From positions 28,892,001 to 28,956,000 of the forward strand of contig OX597825.1 in assembly GCA_951406725.2 (NCBI GenBank): a stretch of DNA of 64,000 bases. The letters run 5' to 3'. The notes beneath the pieces were generated by a model that did not search any database, was not told the origin of the DNA, and worked only from the letters and a program-made list of their open reading frames with translations. This DNA is from Octopus vulgaris. Lineage: Eukaryota. This document shows, piece by piece, positions 1 to 13,720 of this stretch (positions are counted from its first letter, which is position 1; each line of letters opens with the position of its first letter). Position numbers and translations under genes: made by a program.

Positions 1-392
<392 letters not shown>

Positions 393-429
393 TTATATAT
401 CACCACTCGTGTTCGACATCTCCTTTTTT

Positions 430-473
<44 letters not shown>

Positions 474-935
474 GAGGACAAAAACCGTCCAGGTAGCGGC
501 AAGTTTTATCACCAGATGCAATTTGGATATATGCATCATTACAACATATGCTTAGAGAAAATATATGTGTTTGTGTGTCTTATATCACCTGGAGAAATGA
601 ATCCATGAAGATGATCAACCCGATGCCCACGGATACTACGGGACCACACTGTAATCATCCCAATAGTATGGCCTATGATCTTAAGAGGCATGTCATTTGT
701 AGAAATGCGCGTAGCAATGCGTTAGAATATTCGTGAATTCCATCCAAGGATTATTGTTAGTATTATTATATTTATACCATATTATATCAGTACGGCTTGA
801 TGCAACCCCAAAAATCTGGTTCACCTGTCAACATCATTAGACTGCGGCCGGCATAATGGAATAGGAGTTTTATCTGCATATTCAAAACGTTTCCCGTAAA
901 CAAATTTAAAAGATATATATTCTTCTTTCTTTTTT

Positions 936-1149
936 CTTTTATTTGTTTCAGTCATTTGACTGAGGGCCATGCTGGTGCATCGCCTTTAGTCGAACAAATC
1001 GACCCTAAGGCTTATTTTTTGTAAGCCTGGTACTTATTCTATCGGACTTTATTGTCGTACCGTTAAGTTACAGGGATGTAAACACACCGACATCGGTTGA
1101 CAAGCAATGATGGAGACAAACACATACACACATACACACACACACACTC

Positions 1150-1184
<35 letters not shown>

Positions 1185-1351
1185 TATACGACGGGCTTCT
1201 TTCAGTTTCCGTCTACCAAATCCACTGACAAGGCTTTCGTCGGCCCGAGACTATAGCAGAAGACACTTCCTCAAGGTGCCACGAAGAGGGACAGAACCCG
1301 GAACCATGTGGTTGGTAAGCAAGCTACTTACCACACAGCCACACCTGCACC
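936..1351 (-). mobile_element. tRNA-derived SINE, family A, near full length with internal CA/TA tract
   Basis: Minus-strand head TGTGGCTGTGTGGTAAG...GGTTCCGGGTTCTGTCC has A/B-box-like motifs; 3' tail CAGCATGGCC..CAGTCAAATGACTGAAAC; many homologous copies in the window. Confidence 0.9.
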
Positions 1352-1364
1352 TCTATGTATATTT

Positions 1365-1396
<32 letters not shown>

Positions 1397-1569
1397 TATA
1401 TATATTTATATATATATATATATGTATGTATATATATATATGTATGTATACATTTATATATACATGTACATATATATGTTCCTATATATATATGCATGTA
1501 CAAACCCTCACACCAACACATATACACATATACTTACATACATGCGTACATGCATACATGCATCTGTAT

Positions 1570-2800
1570 AGGTTTGTAAAAGATGTATTGTGATACTGAA
1601 GCAACATACGCTACAGAGGAAAGAGTAACTTTCTTGCCCATTTTTAGAGTACGGAGAGATCGACATAATTAGGAGAGCTAATTAACTTGAAATAACAGTA
1701 GATGCTCGCCTTACCCCAAATAGCATTGGTAAGAGCTATCTCACAGAAGTTATAAAGCAATGAACCAGTTCTCAGAGAAGGTAGTGCACTTAGCATAAAC
1801 AGCTTGGCAAAGAAATCAGATCTTTACCTTTTGACCTATAGATTTAAAAAATATATTTTTGTAACTAAACACTTTTAAACTTCGGACACTGGTAGAATGT
1901 GTCATATAAAACATCTTTTACTCTTGGCATTTTTGAGAAAAACTTATATTTACGAAATAATTTCACATTAAAGTAGACATATTTCGGTAATTTCAACCAA
2001 TCAATGACGTGTATTCAGCTGAATAAAATTACTGCCGTTGTTTGTCCACAACAACTATCGGCGGTGTATTTTTCTCAAAAATGCTAAGAGTAAAAGATGT
2101 TTTATGACACATTCTACCAGTGTCCGAAGTTTGAAAGTGTTTAGTTACAAAAAATTATTTTTCAAATCTGTAGGTCAAAAGGTATAGATCCAAGAAATCT
2201 AACAAATTTATGACAACCGACTCTGAATGTTAGTTCCACGCAAGTCAAGCTTGAAAGGAAGAAAACTTTGACAGAAATGAAGTAGGCTGTGCAAAACTGA
2301 GACTGAAGACTATCATATTAGTGTCAACTGTGAGAGAATGTCTCCTAGTTATTAGTTTATCATGAGACAGAACAGGCGGTCAGAACAATCTGGGACAGAA
2401 TAACAAAATATACAATAAATAGAATGAAATACTTGCAAATAAATACCACTGTAATGAGTGGTGGGTCAAAATAACATTGGTGAAACGTGAAAATGAAAAC
2501 AGCTACCAAGTTATAACACAAGTGACCATGTATTGTGTGGACCCACAACAAAAAAATATGCTCGGCGTGGAAATCAGCGGGCCCCTGGTCACCAATATGA
2601 TAAGCAAAATACAGGAGAAAAAGAACATACATTGGCCATTGATAAGGAATTTCCAAATATAGTACCCAAGATAATCTTTCGATTTTTACCTATTATTTTG
2701 GGAGCAACAGAATATGTACAAATCCGCCTTGAGCAAAATATGGCTGAAGCGGAAGTTTATTGTCAAGGGATTGACAATAAAGTCTGCATACTTCTCATGA
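1570..2800 (+). mobile_element. Decayed 3' part of an R4/Dong-like (RLE-type) non-LTR retrotransposon, interrupted by a MITE
   Basis: Frame fragments NKFMTTDSEC*FHASQ; RLCKTETED..H...C (decayed CCHC knuckle); VEISGPLVTNMISKIQEK...PLIRNFQ and FRFLPIILGAT (restriction-like endonuclease region). The part 5' of 1818 is less certain. Confidence 0.7.
1818..2191. mobile_element. MITE with ~120-bp TIRs and 8-bp TSD (AAGAAATC), possibly Merlin-like
   Basis: 1818-1942 is the near-perfect reverse complement of 2069-2191; AAGAAATC at 1810-1817 and 2192-2199; termini (A/G)GATC...GATCC. Confidence 0.88.
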
Positions 2801-4481
2801 GTCTTTGAGACTTCCCATGAGTCTTTGTTGTCAGTGTGCGCATGTGTCAGTGTGTTGTGCACTGAAGGTATCCGGCAGTGTTTAGCCTGCCAAAAGAAGC
2901 TGCTGTAAGGTAAGACTTTACAAAATCTGAGTTGCGCGAACGTTCTCTGCTATTTCTTATTCAGTTTGCTCTTCGTATTCAGGATTACTGCTGTGGACCC
3001 CTAGGAAGTTTTGAAGTTGTTTTCTAGAAAACCTGCTTCATCTGCAGTTTGAATTATATGAGAAAAATCACTTGCCTTGAATCTTTCAAAATTGTATTCC
3101 ACTTCCATGTTGTACAGAAGCATTTTCTCAACATTGGCCAAAGTTCTAGTCATCAATACGGTCCTAGGTTGCCTCTAAGCTGAATACTGAAGACTTAAGA
3201 AAAAGAAGAGAAGACTATGTAGAAGTTGAAATGAAGACCTTGTTAAATTCTTCGGCATCCAAACCCAAATATGGATGAGGAGAACATCAGACCGTGGTTG
3301 GTAAAAAGAACATACTGAGGCATTCGGTCCTTGGTGGACTGATTCTGCGCAAGGATGATGATGTATGCATTATGTTTACATACATACATACATGCATACA
3401 TACATACATGCGTACATATGTGTATATATATATATATATATATGAATCTGGGGTCCGTCTTATATATATATATATGTGTGTGTGTTTGTGTGTGTGTAGA
3501 GCTATAGTCATCACTATAGTGTCTAAGCTTACTAGTTAGCACCAGCATAGCTAGAAATAAGCGTCAAAACAACTCTTAGCTACAATGAAGTTCCCTACAA
3601 CCATTAGCGACTTCGCTAAGCTGACTCACCTTGTCTATTTATTAAAGTTTATAGATATATACACAGAGTATCCCGTCTAAATTTGATGACTTTCATGTTT
3701 TTTCTTGTTCAGGAAAAACTTGATATATTGGAGAATAGTTTATGATGGTGGACAGCATAGAAATTAAAGTTGTGGTTGAGAAAAAGTTAGTTGATATGGA
3801 GGATTAGATGCCATCTGGAGATTGGAAAAGTGTTACCTGATTATGAAATCCTGGTATCAACCTGCTGACATCAATACTGCTGTTCAATGCACTGTGAATA
3901 ATGTAAAATAGATACGAGCATGTCTAGATATGCGATTATATACATGAGAATATATACGTAAAATATACAAATCTGCGCATAAATACATACATGCATACAT
4001 ACATACCTACCCTGTTGTTGATGTTGAAATCCCAATGAAGGAGCCTTCGATCTTGGTTAGAAACCGGTTCTTTATTAGCAAGAAATCTTGAAATGAACTG
4101 AATAATGGCATGCATACATACATATATACGCACGTATGTGTATATATATATATGTGTGTGTGTGTAAGTATATATGTATGTATATATATATACAGATATA
4201 TTCACTTATATACAGATATATATATATACATATATGTATATGTATGTATATATATATATATGCATGTGTATATATATGAATATACATACACACACATATA
4301 TACACATGTTATACATGCATATACATATATACACACATATATATAGTACATAGAACATATATACGTACATACATACAAACATATATACATACATAAATGC
4401 ATACATACATACATACATGCATACATACATACATACATACATACATACATACATACATACATACATACATACATACATACA

Positions 4482-4515
<34 letters not shown>

Positions 4516-4899
4516 CATACATATATATGTTTATATATCTTGCTGATAACAGCACACACGCACAGCATACACACGTGACTTTTCTAAATTGCATTAACTA
4601 CTCATACATACACATAGGCGTATACAATATACACTACCAATATTACACAGATACATATACGAGTGTGAGTGTGTGTGTGTATGTTGTCTATATATGTATA
4701 TATGTATATATACACACGCAAATACTGGTGCATACACATATCGTAGCATTTTGGTTATACAGACGTGGATGTGTTCATAGGCACAGAGCCATAAATACTG
4801 CGCACAGACAGAAGCACTTCATCCATTGCAACAAACACACAGACACCGTTTACGCTACGAATTTAGAAGTTCTTAAATATAGATCACGTCACGCATCTG

Positions 4900-4935
4900 A
4901 GTGTTCGTGCGTGTGCGCGCGTGTGTGCATGTGCA

Positions 4936-4973
<38 letters not shown>

Positions 4974-5530
4974 CATGTGTGTGTATGTGTGTGTGCATGT
5001 GTGGGAACGTGAGTGAGTGTGTGTGCGCATGTGAATTCGTTTGTGTGTATGTCTGTGAGTGCATATGTGTATCTTTGTGTGTGTGTGTGTGTGCGTACAT
5101 GTGTGTGTGCATGTGCAAGTATGTGTGTGCGGGTGTATGTATGTGCATGTGTGCATGTATATCTGTGACTGCATGTGTGTGAGTGCATATGTGTATCTTT
5201 GTGTGTGTGTGTGTGTGAGTGTGTGTGTGTGCGCGTGTGTGTGCGTACATATGTGTGTGCATGAGCAGGCATGTGCGTGCGTGTGTATGAGTATGCATGT
5301 GTGCATGTATATCTGTGACTGCATGTGTGTGTGTTTGGGTGTGTGTATGTGTATCTTTGTATGTGTATGTGTGTGTGAGAGTGTGTGTATGTGCGTGTGT
5401 GTGTGCGTACATATGTGTGTGCATGAGCAGGCATGTGCCTGCGTGTGTATGAGTATGCATGTGTTTATGCATATCTGTGACTGCATGTGTGTGTGTTTGT
5501 GTATGTATGTGCGTGTGTGTGTGTGTGTAT
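4900..5530. repeat. Complex (TG)n-derived minisatellite with ~150-160-bp higher-order units
   Basis: ATATCTGTGACTGCATGTGTG recurs at about 5159, 5309 and 5471; CATGAGCAGGCATGTGC occurs twice. Confidence 0.8.
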
Positions 5531-5761
5531 TTAACGGTATTTTATAACGCATTACGAACCCAAAGAGCATTGACTGAATAAAGAACTCAATAAATTCATG
5601 GAGTCTAATTATATAATTTCATTGATAGTGATTTCGAAGGATTCGCGGGTCGTGTTTTAAGTATTCATAAACGATTACACTTGCGCCTAAGACTGCACGC
5701 ATGTTTTTTATACCTCGTTTCTATACTCACATACACACGCCTAAAAGCAGAAACCTAAGCA

Positions 5762-5814
<53 letters not shown>

Positions 5815-5947
5815 GCGCGCATTTAATATATATGGATACAAGCGTGACAGTGTGGTTATGGGCAGGCGTGGCCGGATGGTATGAAACATACATACAAAGG
5901 TGAATTTGTGGGTATGTGTCTCGTATTTTATATAGCAAAATTCTCGG

Positions 5948-6095
5948 ACACAGAGTTGGGTTTGTGGTAAGGAGTTTCATTCCAACCAGATCGTTCCAAG
6001 TTCAACCCCGCAACATGGCATCTGCATTCAAATTTTAGCCACTGGCCGACCAAAGCCTTGCGAGTAGATTTGGCAGACGGAAACCGAAAGAAGAT

Positions 6096-6171
<76 letters not shown>

Positions 6172-6320
6172 GAGTTGTAAGTAGCTTGCTTACCAACTAC
6201 ATAGTTCCGGGTTCAATCCCACTGTGTGGCATCTTGGGCAAGTGTCTGCTACTATATCTTCGGACCGACCAAAGACTTGAGAGTGGATTTAGTAGACGGA
6301 AACTGCGTGGAACCCCGTCG
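5948..6320 (+). mobile_element. Two partial family A SINE heads separated by a TA/TG tract
   Basis: GTTCCGGGTTCAATCCCACTG...CCGACCAAAG.CTTG.GAGT.GATTT..AGACGGAAAC motifs shared with other copies. Confidence 0.8.
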
Positions 6321-6515
6321 CATATGTGTGTGTGTGTGTATTTGCATGTCTTTATGTTTGTCCTTTACATTGTTTGTGTACGTCCTTGTAATGTAGGATT
6401 TGGCAACTAAACTTCTAAGCAGTGAAGTTAATTTGTCCCACAACTATCTTCAGTGCGGTTCCACAGCATAACCTCAGTCTAATCGCTGAAACACATGAAC
6501 GAATATTAGAATATA

Positions 6516-6715
6516 TTTCTTTATTACCCACAAGGGGCTAAACACAGAGAGGACAAACAAGGACAGGAAAAGGGATTAAGTCGATTACATCGACCCAGTG
6601 CGAAACTGATACTTTATTTATCGACCCCAAGAGGATGAAAGGCAAAGTCGACCTTGGCGGAATATGAACTCAGAACATAACGACAGACGAAATACAGCTA
6701 CACATTTCACCTGGC
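6516..6715 (-). mobile_element. tRNA-derived SINE, family B
   Basis: Reverse complement of the TTCTGAGTTCA(A/T)ATTCCGCC..GGTCGACTTTGCCTTTCATCC core and the CCCCTTGTGGGTAATAAAGAAA tail. Confidence 0.88.
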
Positions 6716-7052
6716 AAGCAAGCTTAAAATGATTTCTTTTGTGTAGTAAATCATTTACCATTTCTGTGGTCCCTCCACCCCGTCCGTTGGTGCCCTAAGC
6801 ACAGGCTTATTTTGCTTAATAGTTAATCCAGCGACGGTGTCATCTCTTGGTCTGTGGTGTAAAAAGGGTTGGGTACTGCTGCTCTAGACAACTGCACTGT
6901 TACTTTAAAATCTGCATCAATTAAAATCCTTGTACTCAAAACGATTGTGTTCTTTACAAGCAACCTTTCCCCTCCCAAGTAAAAGCTCCAGTAGATGCAA
7001 CCAACCATCACACAACACACACACACCCGCAGACACATAAGCATACTTACCA

Positions 7053-7160
7053 CATGAAAGGCAAAGTTGACCACGGCGGAATATGAACTCAGAACATAAC
7101 GACAGACGAAATACCGCTAAGCATTTCGCCCGGCGTGCTAACGTTTCTGCCAGCTCGCCG
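7053..7160 (-). mobile_element. Family B SINE head fragment
   Basis: CGGCGAGCTGGCAGAAACGTTAGCACGCCGGGCGAAATG on the minus strand. Confidence 0.85.
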
Positions 7161-7842
7161 AAAGTATAGACTTTTAACCTTACACCGTGGAACATTCAGC
7201 AGAAACGGATACTTCATGTTTTACACTTCACGCATACGGTTCACAGTTCGTTGATTAGTCATCAAATTTTAACTAACCCACTTCCAATCTCTCGTTTTTC
7301 TTCAAGCAAAGACAATTTTCAGTTATTCATTATCTAAATATACCACAAACCAGAGCTTCAATATAATGGCTAAACTAATTTGCATACGTGCATATGTCAA
7401 CGCGGCATGATTAAATAATAAATGATTATTTCTGCAACATTAACATGTAGTAGAAAATGAGATAAATTTGAATTTAATTATTTAATCATGGCACCGATTG
7501 ACGTACGGTATGCAAATGAGTTAAGCCATTGCAGTTAAACACAATTTGTGCTGTATTTAAATGAGGATTTACTTTTTGGGTACTGAGCAGAGAAATGGGT
7601 GTGTTAGTATTTTTCCTCTAAAGTGGGTTCATCTTACCGTAACAGATATCAGGGTATTTTTCCTTTATTTTTCTGTGTACGAAGAGAATAAAAAGAATTA
7701 TGGACTTCGGTCTTTCTATCAGAGCAAAAAGTTTTCAAAAAGCTTGTTTATATTTCTTTCAAGTTATCTTAATGTACACTGCTGTTATAGGAATTTATAA
7801 ACCAAACACACAAACTCACATCTCTTAATAATCCCATCTGCT

Positions 7843-8226
7843 ACAGGCACAAGGCCTGGAATTTTCAGGGAGGGAGTAAGTCGATTATCTCAATTCCAGT
7901 GCTAGATCGGTGGTTATTTCATCGACATCGAAAGTATAAAAAGTAAAGCTGACCCCGATGGAATTTGAACTCAACGTAAAGACGGACGAAATACCTATTT
8001 CTTTACTACCCACAAGGGGCTAAACACAGAGAGAACAAGCAAGGACAGAGAAACGGATTAAGTCAATTATATCGACCCCAGTGCGTAACTGGTACTTATT
8101 TAATTGACCCCGAAAGGATAAAAGGCAAAGTCGACCTCGGCGGAATTTGAACTCAGAACGTAACGGCAGACGAAATAGCGCTAAGCATTTTCCCCACTGT
8201 GGTAATGATTCTGCCAACTCATCACC
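7843..8226 (-). mobile_element. Two adjacent or nested family B SINEs
   Basis: Two GGAATTTGAACTCA cores at about 7960 and 8142; tail TTTCTTTACTACCCACAAGGGG at about 7997. Confidence 0.88.
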
Positions 8227-8285
8227 TTTCACACATATCTTAAGATTGGTAGAATTGGTAAGTCCGATGTGCAGGGGGCATATGT

Positions 8286-8594
8286 TGTTGTTGTTTGTTC
8301 TTTCTCGTGCCATGCCTGACTCATAAGGGCCGGTTTCCCGGTTTCATTGGCGTATAAGTTCTCCACCTGAGCGGCACGCCGGTCCGTTGCAGGTAAGCTG
8401 CTAGATGCAGGAGGAAAGAGTGAGAGAAAGTCGTGACGAAAGAGTCAGCAGAAGTTCGCCATTAACTTCTGCCGGAACCGCGTGGAGCTTAGGTGTTTCG
8501 CTTATAAACACAAACAACGCCCGGTCTGAGATTCGAACCCGCGATCCCTCGACCGCGAGTCCACTGCTCTAACAACTAGGACATGTGCTTCCAC
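8286..8594 (-). mobile_element. tRNA-derived SINE, family C
   Basis: Minus-strand head CCTAGTTGTTAGAGCAGTGGACTCGCGGTCGAGGGATCGCGGGTTCGAATC; homologous to 43253-43559 and 56406-56712; (CAA)n tail. Confidence 0.88.
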
Positions 8595-8737
8595 GCTGGA
8601 GCTTTGGTTTTCCAGAGGGCTGCATAGAATATTACTTTGTGTGTATGTGTGTGCATACATGTTTTGTCTTGATTCCTTTCTTTTCTGTTGCTGTCTTACT
8701 TTGGAGAGTTAATACACTTATCGTTTTCTTTCTTTTC

Positions 8738-8976
8738 TTCTTTTACGTGTTTCAGTCATTGGACTGCGGCCATGCTGGAGCATTGCCCCGAAGAGATTAG
8801 CTGAACAAAAAAAAAAAAGAAAAAAAACTAGTACATTGTTTTATTTTTTTTTTAACCTGGTACTTATTCTATCGGTCTATCTCGCCAAACCGTTAATTTG
8901 CGGGGTCGAAAACAAACCAACAACGGTTGTCAATCGGTAGTGAGGGACAAGCATAAAGACATACATACATATACAT

Positions 8977-9036
<60 letters not shown>

Positions 9037-9168
9037 GCACACATATTTGATGGGTTACTTTCAGTTTCTGTCTACCAAATCCTTTCACATGGCTTTGGTC
9101 ATTTATAATGGAAGACACTAGCACCATCGTTGCACGCAATGGGATTGAAAACGGAACCATGTGGCTGA
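8738..9168 (-). mobile_element. Family A SINE, diverged
   Basis: Colinear with 936-1351. Confidence 0.85.
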
Positions 9169-9238
9169 GAAACCAAATTTCTACTTGTACGCCTACGCCT
9201 ACGCCTGTGTATGCCTGTGTGTATGTAAGAGTGCGTGC

Positions 9239-9269
<31 letters not shown>

Positions 9270-9551
9270 TGTATGTAGGAATATGGGTCTTTTTCTCAGT
9301 ATATACATTCATCCGTGCGCGTGTGATAACATTGTACTTTCCACCGTTGTACCGCTCCCCTCACATTTTTCTGGACGTAGTAAGCACGATCTTAGGAGGA
9401 AATTAGCTGCTCTTTGTCAAGCGATTAGATATTGGCTCCGTGTTCGCTTGATGCTGGAAGTGCATCTCCTCCATAAATGTTGCGTCTGTATCTTGAAGCT
9501 TAATAAAATGAAACTAAGTTTATCATGTTCCTCATTAGAAAGTGTCTACGA

Positions 9552-9585
<34 letters not shown>

Positions 9586-10491
9586 GCTATTCAACGAAGC
9601 TGTTACTGAAGAACGTGAGGTATCTACATCGTATACTATTCGGCAGTTTGACGGCTGTGGGCTGTAGGAAGGAAAGTCTGAAAAAGGAGGAAACAGACGT
9701 GTCTTTTGCGGAGAATATGTTTGTATACGGGCATGTGTGTGTGCATGCATGCGAATGCGTGTCGTTTAGAAGTGATAGCGTAAATATTCTTTGTATAAAA
9801 AAATAATGGTTCGAGAAATCTTTCAAATGTAAGGTATATCTGGTGTTATTGTTGTTGTTGTTGTTGTTTAGTAACAGGTCAAACCTGGATCGGACAGATT
9901 CATCATCAAATACGCTCCAGTCTTGATCACTCTTTTTTGTCCAACGTGCAGGGAGACTAGGACTAAAATATCCAGTGTTCTTTACCATGATGATACAGAT
10001 TTGGTTTCTATCTTTAGCAGGCCGATTGACCGTACATAGGTTCCCGCGTAAGTTCGTGAGGAGTATTAGAATACATAGAATGTGGATCAGAGAAGGACTC
10101 TGTAGATATGCGTTTCTGATGAAATATTAGCGGAGGCAACGTTTTTTCATTTTATGGTATGAAGAAAGGAATATCGTCGATGTCCTTTGCTGATCCTCCA
10201 AGACAATTGAACCGTTTCGTCGTCACCGACAAGAAAAATTACGAAGAAGGTAGTAATTCTGGAGAGATGATTTTCTGTAGAAAACGGAATGGTCTAATGG
10301 TCAGGTTGTTGTTGATCGGGTTGTCGACGACTAAACTGGCAACCCCGCTATTTGATGAGGAGAGTAATTATTGGATACCCTGAGAAATGAAAAACAAAAC
10401 CCGACAAAGGCCAGAAGAACTCAGGAGATTCAGCGCCCATTCAATATTGTGTAAGAAACGAAAGGAGATGATAAGGGATGACAACCTTGTA

Positions 10492-11018
10492 GAAGGCTTG
10501 GCAAGCCTTCGCTATTCTCAAGCCGGTATGGAAGTCCACTGCTATCTCAACTCGAACTAAACTCCGCTTGTTTCGTTCAAACGTACAATCTGTGCTGTTT
10601 TTGTATGGCTCTGAAACATGGTGAGCCACATGCAGCAACTACAAGAAGACCCAGACCTTCATCAACAAATGTCTCCGTCTGAAGTGGTTCGACAGACTGC
10701 CAAACACCGACCTGTGGGAAAGGGCCAACCAGGAGCCCATGCATGTTCAGATTAGACAAAGGAAAAGGAGATGGATCGGACACACACTGCGGAAAGAACC
10801 CTCAAATGTGACACGACAAGCACTTGACTGGAACCCGCAGGGGAAAAGGAAGCGAGGACGCCCGAAGCAGACATTGAAGCGGAGCATTTGGGACGAGCTC
10901 AGGACCACCAGCCTAACTTGGGAAGCAGCCAAGAAACACGCCAATGACCACAAAAAGTGGAAAACAACTGATAAGGCCCTATGCTCCACTAGGGGCAAAA
11001 AGGATTAAGAAGAAGAAG
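10492..11018 (+). mobile_element. 5'-truncated RTE-clade LINE with (AAG)n tail and 8-bp TSD
   Basis: Translations AFAILKPVWKSTAISTRTKLRLFRSNV..LYGSETW and RWIGHTLRK...QALDWNPQGKRKRGRPKQT are typical of the RTE C-terminus; ACCTTGTA at 10484-10491 and 11019-11026. Confidence 0.92.
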
Positions 11019-12210
11019 ACCTTGTATGTGGATGTTACAAGGGGACGTTGGTTATTCAGTAACATCACCCGAACGGAGTTCTCAGAAGCCACGTTTTCGT
11101 ATTCAGCGATTGAAAGGATGAATAGTACAACCGCATAAAGCACCAGGGTTAGGAGTGGAAGTCGATCGTACTGAGAATTTCGACTGGTTGGGATTAGTTG
11201 TTTAACCAGGTCGAAGGACGACGATGATCACATTACTATTAGTAATGTGAACTTCGTCAAGATGACGTAAAATATTTCAATATTTCAAAAATCGTTTACT
11301 TAACGCTTCACATGTAGTTGAAACAACGAAAGCCTTTTCTGTACCCTCAGACAAATAGTTCACTTACGAAATATCAGATTCTTATTTTCTCTCCATGACG
11401 TATAAATTTACCTAAACTCACGAAGATCTCCGTTGAATTATTGTGAAGGCAGACGACATCTTGTGGCCACGGTAGTCAACTTTTCCTCTTTATGCCATAT
11501 TGCTTAATAATGTGTTGTAGTTTTTATCCAGGTTAGTCTCAGTAGAGAAAGATTATAAAGTTCGACATTCCTTCGATATAAACAAGCTACAAATCTGAAG
11601 CGTCCTTCATTTTAAGACGATTATGTTTGATTTGGAGAAGATTTTGACTGCTTTTTTCCAGAAAATCGAGCCAGCACAAAAAGGTTATCTCTCCGTAGAA
11701 AAGTACACTGTAGATCCGTGATGTATTTAATACTGAATATTGGTGGAGTGCTAAAAATTTCAACAATTCAAGTAAGTGCTTGTTCATACTTTTACACGAA
11801 ATCCTACAAATTGTATTACATTAGTAGTTATTATTGTCAATGGTGTAGATCTGTGAATATGTTTGTAAATACCCTCACTCCTTCTCCCTCCATTTATCAT
11901 CTCATTCCTTCGCATATGTGTGTGTACGCGCGCATGTATACACACACATATATGCATACGTACATACATACATTCACACACATATGTATGTTTGTATGAA
12001 AACACCCGGAGTTCATTTACTTTTTGGTCGTCTTAACCTCTCTTCTACCACAAGTTTTATAGCTGATTGCATTGGAAAGGGGGATTCCGTGCTGTGCAGC
12101 ACTTTAGCCACTCAACACAACTCCACGCACAGGAATTTCTGGGACACTCGAAACGTTTGCATGGTCTCACTGAACTTAGGAACTGGTTTTATTCGGTAAC
12201 GAATTGACTA

Positions 12211-12279
<69 letters not shown>

Positions 12280-12341
12280 ATATATATTATATATATTTAT
12301 ATTATTATATTTATATACTTTTATATATGTATGTATGTATG

Positions 12342-12376
<35 letters not shown>

Positions 12377-12605
12377 ATATATACATATTTATGTGTGTAT
12401 GTGCACGCACACACACACACATACACACATATCCATATCTAATTATTAATTTTCATTGTCCAATATACTTAAGAGGGTCATGTGGGGAGAGTTCTGATGC
12501 CCATCCTCCATATGTATGGCTGTATGTGTGTATATATCTATGTGTATATTATATCATAAAGAATGTTATATATACATATTTACGTAAGTGTCTCGCTGTC
12601 TATAT

Positions 12606-12824
12606 GGCAGAATCGTTAGCACGTCGGGCGAAATCTGTAGCCGTATTTCGTCTGCTGCTACGTTCTGAGTTCAAATTCCGCCGAGGTCGGTTTTGCCTTT
12701 CATCCTTTCGGGGTCGATTAAATAAGTACCAGTAACGCACTGGGGTCGATGTAGTCGACTTAATCCGTTTGTCTGTCCTTGTGTGTTCCCTCTGTGTTTA
12801 ACCCCTTGTGGGTAGTAAAGAAAT
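12606..12824 (+). mobile_element. Family B SINE
   Basis: TGGCAGAATCGTTAGCACG...GAGTTCAAATTCCGCCGAGG...GTGGGTAGTAAAGAAA. Confidence 0.9.
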
Positions 12825-12897
12825 ATATATGTGTGTGTGTGTGTGTAGATAGGTAGAGAGATAGAGAGAGAGAGAGAGAGACAGATAGATAGATATG

Positions 12898-13252
12898 TTT
12901 CTTTATTAGCCACACAGGGCTGCACACAGACAGAACAAATTACAAGGTAGAGCTTTTCTTTTGGGGTAAAAAAGAGGGGGTTGGTTTTCGATCAAAAGGG
13001 ATCGTAAAAGGAAAGAAAGAGGATTAAAAAAGGAGAGGATTTAAAAAAAAAGAGGGGGAGAGGGAAAAAAAAGAAAAGGGGAGAGGGAAAAAAAGGAAAG
13101 GGGAGAGGAAAAAGAAAAAAAAAAGGTTGATCAATTGGGATCGTAATCACAGAAATGTCAATATGAAGTGTAAAGGGGAGGACAGGTGAGGTCTACCCGT
13201 GGAAAGAAAAGCCTACGGAAAAGACCACGGTAACCTCGGTCAATGAAGTCAC

Positions 13253-13253
<1 letters not shown>
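12898..13253 (-). mobile_element. Probable LINE 3' UTR fragment inserted in (GATA)n, sharing its tail with family B SINEs
   Basis: The terminal ~50 nt match the family B tail; GATA repeats flank both sides. The LINE origin is inferred. Confidence 0.55.
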
Positions 13254-13284
<31 letters not shown>

Positions 13285-13543
13285 CGTATGCAATCGTCAC
13301 TTTCAGCCTGTTCCCTTTCCTTAATTTCACCATTCAATTCCAAATCTCTCTTTGTTACACACAAGTACGTTACATTCTTTCAGAATTTCTATGTATCACA
13401 CAGACACACGCACACACGTACACACGCATGCATATACACAAATACACACACGAACACGCACACACACACACGCACACACACACGCATATACTTACCCACA
13501 TGCACACACATGGAAACATGCCCGCCGACACATGCACGTATAG

Positions 13544-13580
<37 letters not shown>

Positions 13581-13720
13581 TACACATGAAGGAATGTGCT
13601 AGAAACATCAGTCAAATCTCGCTCCCGTTATTTCAAACTATCATAAATACCCTGGATGCTGCTGTGGACGATACATATCCAAAAAGGCAGGATGGTCATC
13701 GAAGAAACGCCCCAATGCCG

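Noticed and set aside
10739-11008. 89-aa ORF as a host gene
   Set aside because: It is the C-terminus of an RTE retrotransposon ORF.
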